From Laetmonice hystrix (taxonomy: Eukaryota): a stretch of 64,000 nt of DNA. Below the pieces are notes generated by a model, which was not told the DNA's origin, ran no database searches, and saw nothing but the letters and a program-made list of their open reading frames with translations. Positions 1 to 11,041 of the stretch are shown here, in pieces. The stretch is from the NCBI GenBank assembly GCA_965235115.1, contig OZ249436.1, positions 44,270,001 to 44,334,000 on the forward strand, in the 5' to 3' direction. Every line of letters starts with the position of its first letter. The stretch's first letter is position 1. The position numbers and the translations under genes were made by a program.

Positions 1-899
1 TCCGATAATCGTGGTTAGCATGTTCAAAATACATAAACCATGTTATGGTCTCATCACGAAAATACTTTAATTAAGTTAAAGTCTTAATTAATTAAGTTAG
101 GCAACAACATTAAGTTTGACAACAACACACCAAAATCGTGTGAGGGACCCCCCCCCAAAAAAAAAAAAAAAAAAACGGTTGGCCATTATAATAATACATT
201 GAAATTGGGGGCAAAAGTTTCTTTTTAGTGCTCAAGAAAGTTTCCATTGTGTTTACACACCCTTTAAAAAAAAAAACGTTTGGAAATTTGTTGTTAGTCA
301 CTTCTATCTCGGTAATTTGTGATCTGATCATATCATGTCGTATATCAATGGAAATCCCATTCATACGTCATCACAACGACCTCGCGAGTTGACTGAGTTC
401 GTCCCAGTTGCCAGCCAACAGGGACTGACGTCGCCGGTCCTTAAAAATATACCTCCAATGCGAACTCACGGCTGTGGACAATTCGTCGTGAATCATGCCG
501 TTTGATCGTTTTGATTCCTTATCACTGCGCCAGGGGAGCATATCATCACACAGGGAGTCAAGCACTCCTCCATTATGGCCCGAGATCCAGGCCCACTTCT
601 TAGATAATAGCTGCTCCCTATGTTTATTTAAAATGGCCGCCGTCCGTGACGTCGAAGTGCCCGCTTCGTTTGAAAAATCACCTGAATCTGCTTTGTAGAA
701 GGACTTGAGCTAAATTCATTACACTCAATGGCTGAAGGTAAAGGCAAAACATTATTTGAAATGATTGGCTATGGGCGCTGTAGCCTCTCATTCTGGGTTC
801 ATTACAAAATCTCTCATGGGCATAAGCTTAGCTCATGGGCATAAGCATTTAAAAGCCGATTATACGAGGCCTATCACTAGAGGCAACCTCGCGAGGAGA

Positions 900-1234
900 G
901 TGAGTGAGTGAGTAGTTGGTGTTTAACGCCCAGTCAGCAGTATTTCAGCTATTTCAGGGCGAGAACAAGGTAACTAACTCAGTCGGTGAAATCCATTGGG
1001 TGATAATGAGATGATAGAAGGAAACCTGGCATCGGGGCGAACCCCTACTCTTATCGATAGGCGCCAAGGGATCTTTAACGTGCCCCTCCACATAGACGTA
1101 TCGTGACACGGCCGGCCTTTGATAAAGCAGTCGGCAGCACTGCTTATGCAGGAGAGTCCGGCGCGGCCGTGGATCGAACCCAAAACCCTTGGATCAAAGG
1201 TCCCGTGCTCTAACCACTGCGCCACCCCGCCCCC
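900..1234 (-). mobile_element. tRNA-derived SINE with Deu/Nin-like central domain
   Basis: The minus strand has pol III A box TGGCGCAGTGG and B box GGTTCGATCC, a central GTTAAAGATCCC...GATAAGAGTAGGGG motif resembling the Deu/Nin domain, and an (ACTC)n tail. A 13-bp TSD CCTCGCGAGGAGA lies at 887-899 and 1235-1247. Confidence 0.85.
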
Positions 1235-2856
1235 CCTCGCGAGGAGACTGGGATGACTGAGCCTATCGGTAGCCTTTCATGCATATATGAACACCAATAA
1301 CGATAATTAAACCTTTTCGGGATGTTGTCCTATGCATAGCTTCACACTTTCTTGGCCATAGAAAAATGTCTAAAGTAGGCCTAATCATCAACTAAGTTTT
1401 ATTTAAAATACTGCCGCCTGGCGGAGGCTATAATCGAAGGGAGCGCTGTGATTGGCCCAAACATGGACGCAAACGTCGATGGTAGTTCCGTATGCTCCGT
1501 ATCCTCCGTATTCCCACAACATAATATTTTCCTTTTACAATACAAGTGTTAAATGTTCTTGCTTTTCTGGGTGTAGACAGTGTCAGCGGTCCCGTCGCCA
1601 TGCTACTGTCTGGTGATGCATGGCCATGTTGCCCACGCTCCAAGCAAAGATCGTTCACTCCCTCCTGACGCTGACCAACGGAACGGAAGCGGAAGTTCGC
1701 TGACTGTGAAAGTTTGAGCAACTTCCTTCCGCTTGTCGTATTTCTGACAGGTGAAATTAGCCATCGCCTGTCGTAAACAGCGGACGCGTCTATTAGGCAA
1801 GAGACCAGTCTATCAATTTAAACTCATTTCGGTCAGCGCGACGTTCTCCGTAAAGAACGGTATCTTTACGTTCGTGCCGCGATGCGCGTTGCTTGCTAAA
1901 ACTCCCTTTTACGTGTTCCATTGACGTTTTATGAGAGACCTATGGACAAAAGGGCGTTCGAGAACCTTCGGGAACACAAGCAATGTATTCGTTACGGAAA
2001 TGTGGCAAACGGACGGCGTTACAACGCCCTAGGGTGTAACCTGACCAATCATGTCTGTTACATGACCATCAGGAGGTTCTGGTCGCCCCAGGTTATACAA
2101 CCCGGTGGTCTGTTAGGGACCTAATGGTGTGTCGTCATAAAAGGGGCCGTCTAGAATGGATGAGATATAACGCCACGCTTTTAGAATACTACGTCGAGAT
2201 ATACAATAGAGGGTCTCAGAATAATAGCGGGCCATGACACATTTTTTCTATTTTGAGTTAAGGGTGTCATTATGTTACGCAGAAGCATTATTTATAATAT
2301 AATCTGTCAACCTTCAATCCCAAACCTTTGGATGCTAGGAGGAGCGACAGGGTATTAAACACAGATTGGGTTAGCCTCGAGACTAACTATATATGTTCTT
2401 GCAACCGGCCATCTGAAGCCTTTCCACTCAATAACTTCTCAACTTGGAACATTCACTATGGTTTTCAGGTCGTTTTATCGTTGGTACAGGGGGAAAATAT
2501 CGTAAATGGTTGTTTAATGGCTTTTTTCACTATGTATAAATCTTTATTAAAAAAATCTTGTGAGGAAGTTACAATGGGGAATAATCAAAGTCGGTCTATG
2601 TAAAATTTAACGTACCTCTAAATCCCAAAACCGAGATTATACCAAGTAACATTCAACGTTCAAGAAAAATACCTGATGAATGTATTAGGAACTACTTTTG
2701 CGGAGGGAAATCAGCAAGTTGCAAGTCGGTTGGCCAATTTCGGGATGATTCGAAATACTATTCTAGGTACTTCCGTTCCAACATAGCGGCTGCAGATGAT
2801 TTCTCTGAAGATTTAGATGTTTGTGTGGCATCATATTCTTACAGTCTGCGCCTTAA

Positions 2857-3385
2857 AGGGGCATGCTATGAAACACGTTTTTGAGGATTTCCGGCAATTA
2901 TCCAACATGACCGTGTACTAGGGATCCAAGTAAATAATCCTACCACAGCATTTTGTCCTCCGACGTGTTTTCACTGCGTATGCAGCACAAGTCGGTTCTA
3001 TACGACCAAACCTATAGATTTCTCCCGATAGCACATCTCCCGCCATTATTTGGCGGACAACCCCCTCATCAACCCGTGTATTTGCATACTGTGTCACATC
3101 CTGTGTGTGCACTCTCTGCATGTGCTTAGTCACGTGCTTTGCTTAGTTGTAAACAATTCAGCAGTGGCACTCGATCGCCCGGCATCAGAATGCCACCCAA
3201 AAAATATTTTACGAAATCGGCAGAGAAGCGGGCAAGGGAGCTTAATAAACTTCGATTTCCTCCGCAAAATGAAACTGATAAGTCTGTCTTTGTTTACTAA
3301 GCAATTTTAATGAAGGATCTCTTTATGAAAACAGCAAAAGTTCTATGAAATACCGATTTTTAACGTTTCTTCATAATATGCCCCT
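2857..3385. mobile_element. Non-autonomous DNA transposon, Kolobok-like
   Basis: Imperfect TIRs AGGGGCATGCTATGAAACACGTT / AACGTTTCTTCATAATATGCCCCT, flanked by TTAA at 2853-2856 and 3386-3389. No transposase. Confidence 0.65.
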
Positions 3386-3813
3386 TTAAAAGTAAAAAAC
3401 AAGAGTGCCTCAGCAAAGTCGAGCAGCCACGATTCGAGCTCGGCAATGTTCGGCTGTCCCGATCGGGATTTTCTAGGTCAGGTCAGGGGTCACTCAAACG
3501 GCAGTACCCAACGTGTGGCAGAGATTGGATGAAGTGAACGATCTCTGTCCGGAGAGTGCAGAACAGTCGGATACATAACTGAATAAAATATCATGTAGAA
3601 ATACATGATTGTATAGTCTTAGGGCTGCTTTAGATGGAAGGGAGTAGGCCATAATTAAATAATAAAACACCGGACTCCTCTCAACCCCGGAAAAAAGGGG
3701 CTTGTTTCCTCTTCGTTCGCCAATCTTGGTTTGTGGCACGCGGGAACATAACATAAGGACGGTGTATGTATTGGTGAGGATGATTAACCGGTATTTCTGA
3801 CGTTGTTTTGTAG

Positions 3814-3947
3814 TTCACGTTCGATGTGGAGTGCGGGAAACATACTTCTAGTTAATCTAGCGGTCGGTGACTTCCTCATGTCTGCTTGTGGTGCACCTCT
3901 CATGGCGGTCTCCTCCTTCCGTGGCTACTGGGCCTTCAGCTCTCAAG
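3814..3947 (+). CDS. Opsin internal exon (ICL1-TM2-ECL1)
   Basis: Acceptor ttttgtag, donor G|gtaac. Encodes SRSMWSAGNILLVNLAVGDFLMSACGAPLMAVSSFRGYWAFSSQ (GPCR NLAxxD motif and ECL1 WxF). Its phase-1 end joins 5685 to give Val-Cys. Confidence 0.9.
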
Positions 3948-3954
3948 GTAACAT

Positions 3955-5470
3955 TCTCTCTCCTTCTCCCCGTGTCTCTCTCTGCCTCTCTTACTGTCTA
4001 TCTCTGCCTCTCTTACTGTCTATCTCTGTCTCTCCTCCTTCCGTGGCTACTGGGCCTTCAGCTCCCAAGGTAACATTCTCCCTCCTTCTCCCCCTGTCTC
4101 TGTCTCTCTCTGCCTCTCTTACTGTCTCTCTCTGTCTCTCCTCCTTCCGTGGCTACTGGGCCTTCAGCTCCCAAGGTAACATTCTCTCCCCTTCTCCCCC
4201 TGTCTCTCTCTGTCTCTCTCAGTCTCTCTTACTGTCTATCTCTGCCTCTCTTACTGTCTATCTCTGTCTCTCTCAGCCTCTCTTACTGTCTCTCTCTGCC
4301 TCTCTTACTGTCTGTCTCTGTTTCTCTCAGCCTCTCTTACTGTCTCTCTCAGCCTCTCTTACTGTCTCTCTCAGCCTCTCTTACTGTCTCTCTCAGCCTC
4401 TCTTACTGTCTCTCTCTGCCTCTCTTACTGTCTCTCTCAGCCTCTCTTACTGTCTATCTCTGTCTCTCTCAGCCTCTCTTACTGTCTATCTCTGTCTCTC
4501 TCAGTCTCTCTTACTGTCTATCTCTGTCTCTCTCAGACTCTCTTACTGTCTATCTCTGTCTCTCTCAGCCTCTCTTACTATCTATCTCTTTTCTCTCTGC
4601 CTCTCTTACTGTCTCTCTCAGCCTCTCTTACTGTCTATCTCTGTCTCTCTCAGCCTCTCTTACTGTCTATCTCTGTCTCTCTCAGCCTCTCTTACTGTCT
4701 ATCTCTGTCTCTCTCAGCCTCTCTTACTGTCTACCTCTGTCTCTCTCTCAGCCTCTCTTACTGTCTATCTCTGTCTCTCTCAGCCTCTCTTACTGTCTAT
4801 CTCTGTCTCTCTCTGCCTCTCTTACTGTCTATCTCTGTCTCCCTGCCTCTCTTACTGTCTCACTCTATCTCCGTGTCTGTCTATGTCTCTCTCTCTGTCT
4901 CGCTGTCTCTGTCTCTTACTGTCTCTCTCTGCCTCTCTTACTGTCTATCTCTGTCTCTCTCTCTCTGCCTATCTTACTGTCTATCTCTGTCTCTCTGCAG
5001 CCTCTCTAACTGTCTCTCTGTCCCTCTCTGCCTCTCTTACTGTCTCTCTCAGCCTCTCTTACTGTCTATCTGTCTCTCCCTCCCTCTTACTGTCTCACTC
5101 TATCTCCGTGTCTGTCTATGTCTCTCTCTCTGTCTCTTACTGTCTCTCCCTGCCTCTCTTACTGTCTATCTCTGTCTGTCTCTCTCTCTGTCTATCTTAC
5201 TGTCTATCTCTGTCCCTCTCTGCCTCTCTTACTGTCTATCTCTGCCTCTCTTACTGTCCCTCTCTGCCTCTCTTACTGTCTATCTCTGCCTCTCTTACTG
5301 TCTCTCTCAGCCTCTCTTACTGTCTATCTCTGTCTCTCCCTGCCTCTTACTGTCTCTCTCTATCTCCTTCTCTCTCTGACTCGCTCTATCTGACTCTTCT
5401 TACTGCCTCTCTGTCTCTATTTTACTGTCTCCCCTCTCTGTACCTCCTGTCTCCCTCCCTCTCTCTATCG
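3955..5470. repeat. CT-rich low-complexity minisatellite (CTCTCTTACTGTCT...) in opsin intron, with two extra copies of the exon end plus donor
   Basis: Directly visible repeat. Exon-end copies lie at about 4029-4090 and 4136-4200. Confidence 0.95.
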
Positions 5471-5684
5471 TCTTCAGCCTCGAGCTGCACAGGTAATAAC
5501 CGTAATAACCCATCTGTCTCATTGAAATGCTGATAAGAATTGCCAATACCACTCGCTGTGGAAAAGTGGTCACAAAAAGCATTCTATATTTCTGTAATTA
5601 TCCAGTAGACCTGTAGTCTCATGTGTCTTTTTATCCTCAGCGTCTTGCTGGAGTGGACAATGACATCAAGTTTATCTGTTTCAG

Positions 5685-6748
5685 TGTGTAGTTTTTACGC
5701 GTGTTTGATGGGGACCTGCGGCCTCATGTCCATCGCAACGCTGTCCGTCGTGGCTATGGATCGTCTTCTAGTGATTGCTTCATTTAATAACTCCAGATAC
5801 ATCACCAGATGGTGTGCAGTCAAAGTTATCTTCGCCCTTTGGATCTATGCCTCTATCTGGACTATTCCGCCGCTTTTCGGCTGGAATCAATACGTCGTTG
5901 AACCCTATGGAACAGCATGTTCCTTTGATCTCCTCAGCAGGGACAGAGGCTCTAGAAGTTTCATGCTTTATATTTTCATTGGCGGCTATGTATGTCCGTG
6001 TACATTAATAGTGGGGAGTTATACATCCCTATGGAAGATCGTGCGGTCACACGAACAAAACTTTACTTTGCAGGCACGGAGGATGAATACAGACGTGCGG
6101 TGCCTGCGACCAGTCGCGAAGTATAATGTTGAGTTGCGTATCGCTAAGGTGTGTGCCTTCACCGTGTTTCTGTTCTGCCTGGCATGGACACCGTACGCTG
6201 TGGTGGCCCTCGTCGGGGTGTTCGGCCCTCCAGGCGGTGTCACTCCTTCAGCGGTGATTTGGGCTGCACTGGCTGCCAAAGGGGCTTGTGTGTATAATCC
6301 TATAATTTATTCATTGTCTCATCCACATTTCAAGAAGAGAATAGCAGCCATGTTGTGCTTCAGGAACACGTCGCAGTCCCGGACCAGTACGTGGACTGAC
6401 TGGCTGGCAAAACCCTCTTGGGTTCCGTCTACCAGAAAAAAGACATCTAAGCGGGGTTCAGGTTGCTCAGCTAACGAAAAGTATGGAAAACTGGACAGGG
6501 GCATTAATCAAATGGACTGTTCAGTAAGAAGGCACCGGTCACAGCCGTCCGAGAAAAAATCAGTGTCCTTTGTGAGCGTGGAGGAGCGGAGTCTATCGTG
6601 TGGCCACATTCTCCCGGCCGAGAAATCCAGTTCAACGAGCATTCATATTGCCTCTAAAAATAGTGATGGTGAACAGCACCGCCTTGAAGGAACGGTGGGT
6701 GTTAGTATGTCTGTAACAAAAACTTTGCCTTGTGAAAGCACCTTTTAA
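5685..6748 (+). CDS. Opsin terminal exon (TM3 to C-terminus), rhabdomeric/Gq-class-like
   Basis: Acceptor tttcag. Contains TM3 Cys, DRL, PPLFGWN.YVVEPYGTACSFD (E181-equivalent), HEQ, ELRIAK, WTPYA, Schiff-base Lys in AAKGACVYNPIIY (AAA 6278-6280) and HPHF. Stop at 6746-6748. Confidence 0.92.
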
Positions 6749-6945
6749 AAGTCTCCTTCTTCGATTAATCTAATCTAATATTTTTTTAAATATTATTATA
6801 GAGGGGGTTGATTAAGGCAAACGGGCACAAACGTTGATAGCCGAGGCTACACGGAGACTATGGGATAAAGTTCTGTGATTTGATTCTGAAACATTCCATT
6901 AAATCACAGGAGGTTGTATGGAAGACCAAAGTGAAAATTTATGGT

Positions 6946-6951
6946 AATAAA
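6946..6951 (+). promoter_or_regulatory. Candidate opsin polyadenylation signal
   Basis: AATAAA about 200 nt after the stop, followed by a GT/T-rich tract. Confidence 0.4.
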
Positions 6952-7473
6952 AAACTTTCTTTATATAAAAGCTTTCAGAATGTGTTGTGACTGGGGTTGA
7001 TGATGAGCTTTGTCAGTTTTCTCCCGGGTAATGAGACATTTGCTGCAGTTTCCGTCGGGAACCAAGAGCGAATAGTACCCATGTCCAAAATCTACGTGTA
7101 ATCTATCGGTGAATGATGTTCTGCCTACAGCTCAGTGTACGAACAACGCAAGCCTGGCTATACAATGATTGTGGTTTCGCCGTCCAGCTCGACCAAGATT
7201 TTCTCTTCTTCTTTGGGCTATTCCCACGAATTTAACTGGCACGATTCTCAAGGCCCTCCGACCAAGCGACAGACTGTCCCTCACCGTTTGACGGGTCTCA
7301 ATCTCCCATAATGCAGAGGGGCTCGCTCCACTACCCCTCTGCCACACCTGACTTTTGCGTTCATAACTTCAACCCCGTTTTTTGCAAAGTCGGCCGTCCT
7401 GTATGGTATCTGTAAAATCTAACGTATCTCTAAATCCTAAAACCGAGATTATGTAATTTATGATTATGTAATT

Positions 7474-9532
7474 GGGTCATATCGCCACAGAATGCACAAA
7501 TGGGTGAAATCCTTACCCTCACTCGTTATACAGCTCATAGGTCTGTTATTTTTACTGAGATCTTTTGCCCAAATGCATAACATAGAAGAGAACAGATACA
7601 CCTTTAAGAAAATGTATACTTTGCTTTATCTCATTTGCATTTTGCCCAAGCTGTAGATTTTTGAAATTAAAAAATTATTTAAATTTAAATTTATGTCATG
7701 AAATATATGTCAATAATCACTTTGGATTGCAGCATAAAGAATACCTGATATAAATCTTTCTTGATGTCATGGTATGTAATGAGTTAATCAATGTAAATAA
7801 AAAATACTGACGCATCTATTCTGATTCGTTCATTATAGAAATGCATTAAACAGTTTTTCATTAAATTATTGTGACGTGCATAATAAAATAATGGTTTGAT
7901 TATACCAGACAAATATAACACAGCAAAAAGGCTATTGATGAGGGGAATATGCAGTGCATATTTAGATGGCTCACTTCCCACAAAAATTTTCCGAAAATTC
8001 CTAAAACCCGTTTAGTTGTGATTCCGCAAAGTTTCGCTTAGTGTGTTTATACTGGGAGCAGCTTATGCACGTCATGACCAGTGGTTCCTTCATATTTCTC
8101 CATGCTGTCAATATTCAATAGCTTTTGAGAATTTTGGAACATGGTATGCCTGATCCTATTCCTATGCTATGATCCTGTGGTGAAAGATCCGAAAATATCA
8201 CTGATCAGTCGTGTTGGGGGTCAAATCGTGGGAAATCATGATATGCATAAGGGGCATGACGTGCATAAGGTTAAAAATAGTGTTTTGCCCTTTTCAACGC
8301 GAGGACGTAGCCACACAGTGCTGCCATCTGCAGGAACTTTTGTGAGCATCTTGACGGCAAGATCAATGAAGTTCTTGTCCTTTTTTTTCACCAGCTGTAC
8401 TCACATCGGGCTTAAACTGTAAATCCTACCCAAGCCAAATTGTGAAGTAATGTACTTCAAACCCCTGTGATGTAATTGTAGCATTCAACTAATCGTATTT
8501 AGTGTGTTCTGATTAAGAATAGGGAATTCCTCACTATTTCAGCATAAAACATGGGCGATAAACGGTTGGGTTCCAGTGCAAAATCTGCTGTGTATTTTTG
8601 ACCTGGGGTATGGACTGTGATGGTGTGATGTGCATAAGGACAATTTCTTGCACCAGGAAGACAGGCCTCTATAGTTATTTTATTGATGCAGACAGGTTTT
8701 TTCTTTGTTTCCATTCTCTAGAGGTGTTGTGGTTTAATGTAAACAACGATTGCTGTATGTCTGTGCATATATGTTGATGGGTTTGGCCAACTTTCTGATT
8801 ATGCACGTCACGCACCATGGTAAATGGTGGGAAAACAGCTCCCAACCATGTAATTTCAGTGCCCTAAACATGTATGTTTCATTTTAATGGCTGCCCCTTA
8901 CCTTCTAATGTTGTATTAGGCCCTATACCTAAACATAATGAGCGTGAATCATGTACCTGTGAGCAAAAACAATATCAAGCCATGACGTTCGTAAGAATCT
9001 TATGCACATCACACATTTTATTTACAAGCTCCACTGAGCCTAACATTTTTATTGTACTCTTAGAACATAGATATATTTTGGGTAGCCTTCTGTCTGACCT
9101 GTAAAACAAACCATGTAATCATCCCTAACTGTATGTTTCAAGTGTGTCATATTCGATTTCGATCCTTATGCACGTCACGCAGCTGCAGACAAAACATGTT
9201 AAAATTAAAAATATAGTATTGAGCTGCCTAAAATTCTGTATTTATATACGCCATATATAAATTTATCCCATCGGAGGAAAATTTTTGCATAAATTACAAA
9301 AAAAATTCTGGCCGATTTTTCCCAGCCTATTTTTGCTTGTTTTTTGGGGCTGTTTACATGATGTATAAAAACCACACCGCTAGGATTTTGTTAGTATAAT
9401 TAGTATATCCTGATAGCGTAGAGCATAGGCTTTCAAACCATACCAGACAATAAGGAATTGGGCCAATTTGAAAATTTGGTCTTTTTGAGGGGTCCTTGGA
9501 GGCCATTTGTGCATTCTGTGGCGATATGACCC
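7474..9532. mobile_element. Non-autonomous TIR DNA transposon (Sola-like), about 2.06 kb
   Basis: Perfect 30-bp TIR GGGTCATATCGCCACAGAATGCACAAATGG, flanked by AATT on both sides. The internal TTATGCACGTCA motif recurs in both orientations. No long ORF. Confidence 0.8.
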
Positions 9533-10923
9533 AATTTTATCATACCGTTTCGTGAAAGTGTATACCACATGTTCCTAACAGAAAAAAAGTGGTGTGTCAT
9601 CGTTGAAATGGATCTGAGGAGTAAATAAAATATATTTTTAAAATAGTCCTCCCACGCCTTTCTGTGTTGCTATAGTAACAGTTTACTAAAGTCTAGAGGT
9701 AGATAGACACAGATTTCTAGACAGAAGATGTTAAAAAAATAAGAAGTCTGATGGTTCTAGGTCAACTACCCCCAGTCGACTGCCCTCCGACCCCCCGACC
9801 CCCCCCCCCCCCCCAACAACAATTGCCACCCGAGAAAACTTCCACCTGGGACAAATGCCAACTCAGAAGGTTGCCTCACTGTTCGCCAGTTATCTCAAAA
9901 AGTGCATTTCGTGCATTCAGGATCATTTGACATTTCTTCACTATTTGGTGAATGGCGGCCAAAATAGCTGTTCCGCTTGGCGGAGGTATGCGCTCTGCTG
10001 ATTTTCTCCTTTAGCAAGGACCTAAGAGTCGGCAGTGGTCCGGGGGGGGGGGGGGGGGCAAGGAACTGTGAGTATGAGTCGGGACCCTGAAATTTTAACA
10101 TCATCAATTTCTTTTTTCTGACTCCGTTATCATTTAAGAATAGAATAGAATAAAATTTATTTGAAATCGACATGACAAATACAATGAACGTCTGTCGATT
10201 AAAACAATGGCAATATAAAGTACAATATAACAAATGAATTAATTTAACACCATAAAAACGCTGTGAGATAACTACACACCATGAAGAACATTGGCACAAG
10301 ATGTGAAGGTGAACCGTCCACCTCCTGTGGTCTCCGTTGGTTTCCATACCTGTTTGGAAGGTACGGTACAGCCCTCGTGCCCGTCTTTATACTCACATTT
10401 TGACCTTAACCCCCGCTCCCGATGCAAGACATTCTAATCAAATAATGAATGGCATCGGACATAAATTGAATCAATCAAAAATTCATTTCTAAAGACATTT
10501 TGAGAAATTATCAGAAATATGATGATTCACTCAGTGCTGTCAAAGATGGTGTAAGGCTGAGGTACGTGTGGTTCAGGTGCATACTGTGACTAATTACAAT
10601 GTTTGCAGATTCTCCTATCGTGCTGTTATAGAGCTAGTTAGCGTTGATAATCGGATGTTTGCATGTCGATCCCGGATCCCAGACACCCCTGGCTGGCCAA
10701 CGACCTGTCTTTGATGGATGCAGATGAATAGCTGCACTTGAAGGACAGGACTCCTGAGTGGATGGTCAACTTCTTATTAACTCCCCAAGGCTAGTACAAC
10801 GGACGAATATCAATGCAACAGCACGACGGGGGGGAGGTAATTACTACCGTTACCTTATTATGAAATACTCAGGCCAACAGGCCAGCAGCTGATCCAAATT
10901 ATTCAGACATAAATCTCGGAAAT

Positions 10924-11009
10924 AATATCTTGTCAGTGCAATATCTTGTCAGTGCAATATCTTGTCAGTGCAATATCTAGTCAGTGCAATATCTTGTCAG
11001 TGCAATATC
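10924..11009. repeat. 16-bp tandem repeat, about 5 copies
   Basis: Unit AATATCTTGTCAGTGC. Confidence 0.9.
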
Positions 11010-11041
11010 TAGGATAACGGATAACAGTCAAACTGAAAGCC

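Noticed and set aside
1160..1234. tRNA gene
   Set aside because: It is the tRNA-like head of a SINE, with body, tail and TSD present.
1..3813. Opsin first (N-terminus/TM1) exon
   Set aside because: No convincing GN-containing TM1 exon with a phase-2 donor was found. It may lie outside the window or have been missed.
3948..5533. Leu/Ser-rich continuation of the 576-aa ORF
   Set aside because: Read-through into a CT-rich intronic repeat. Only 3814-3947 is opsin exon.
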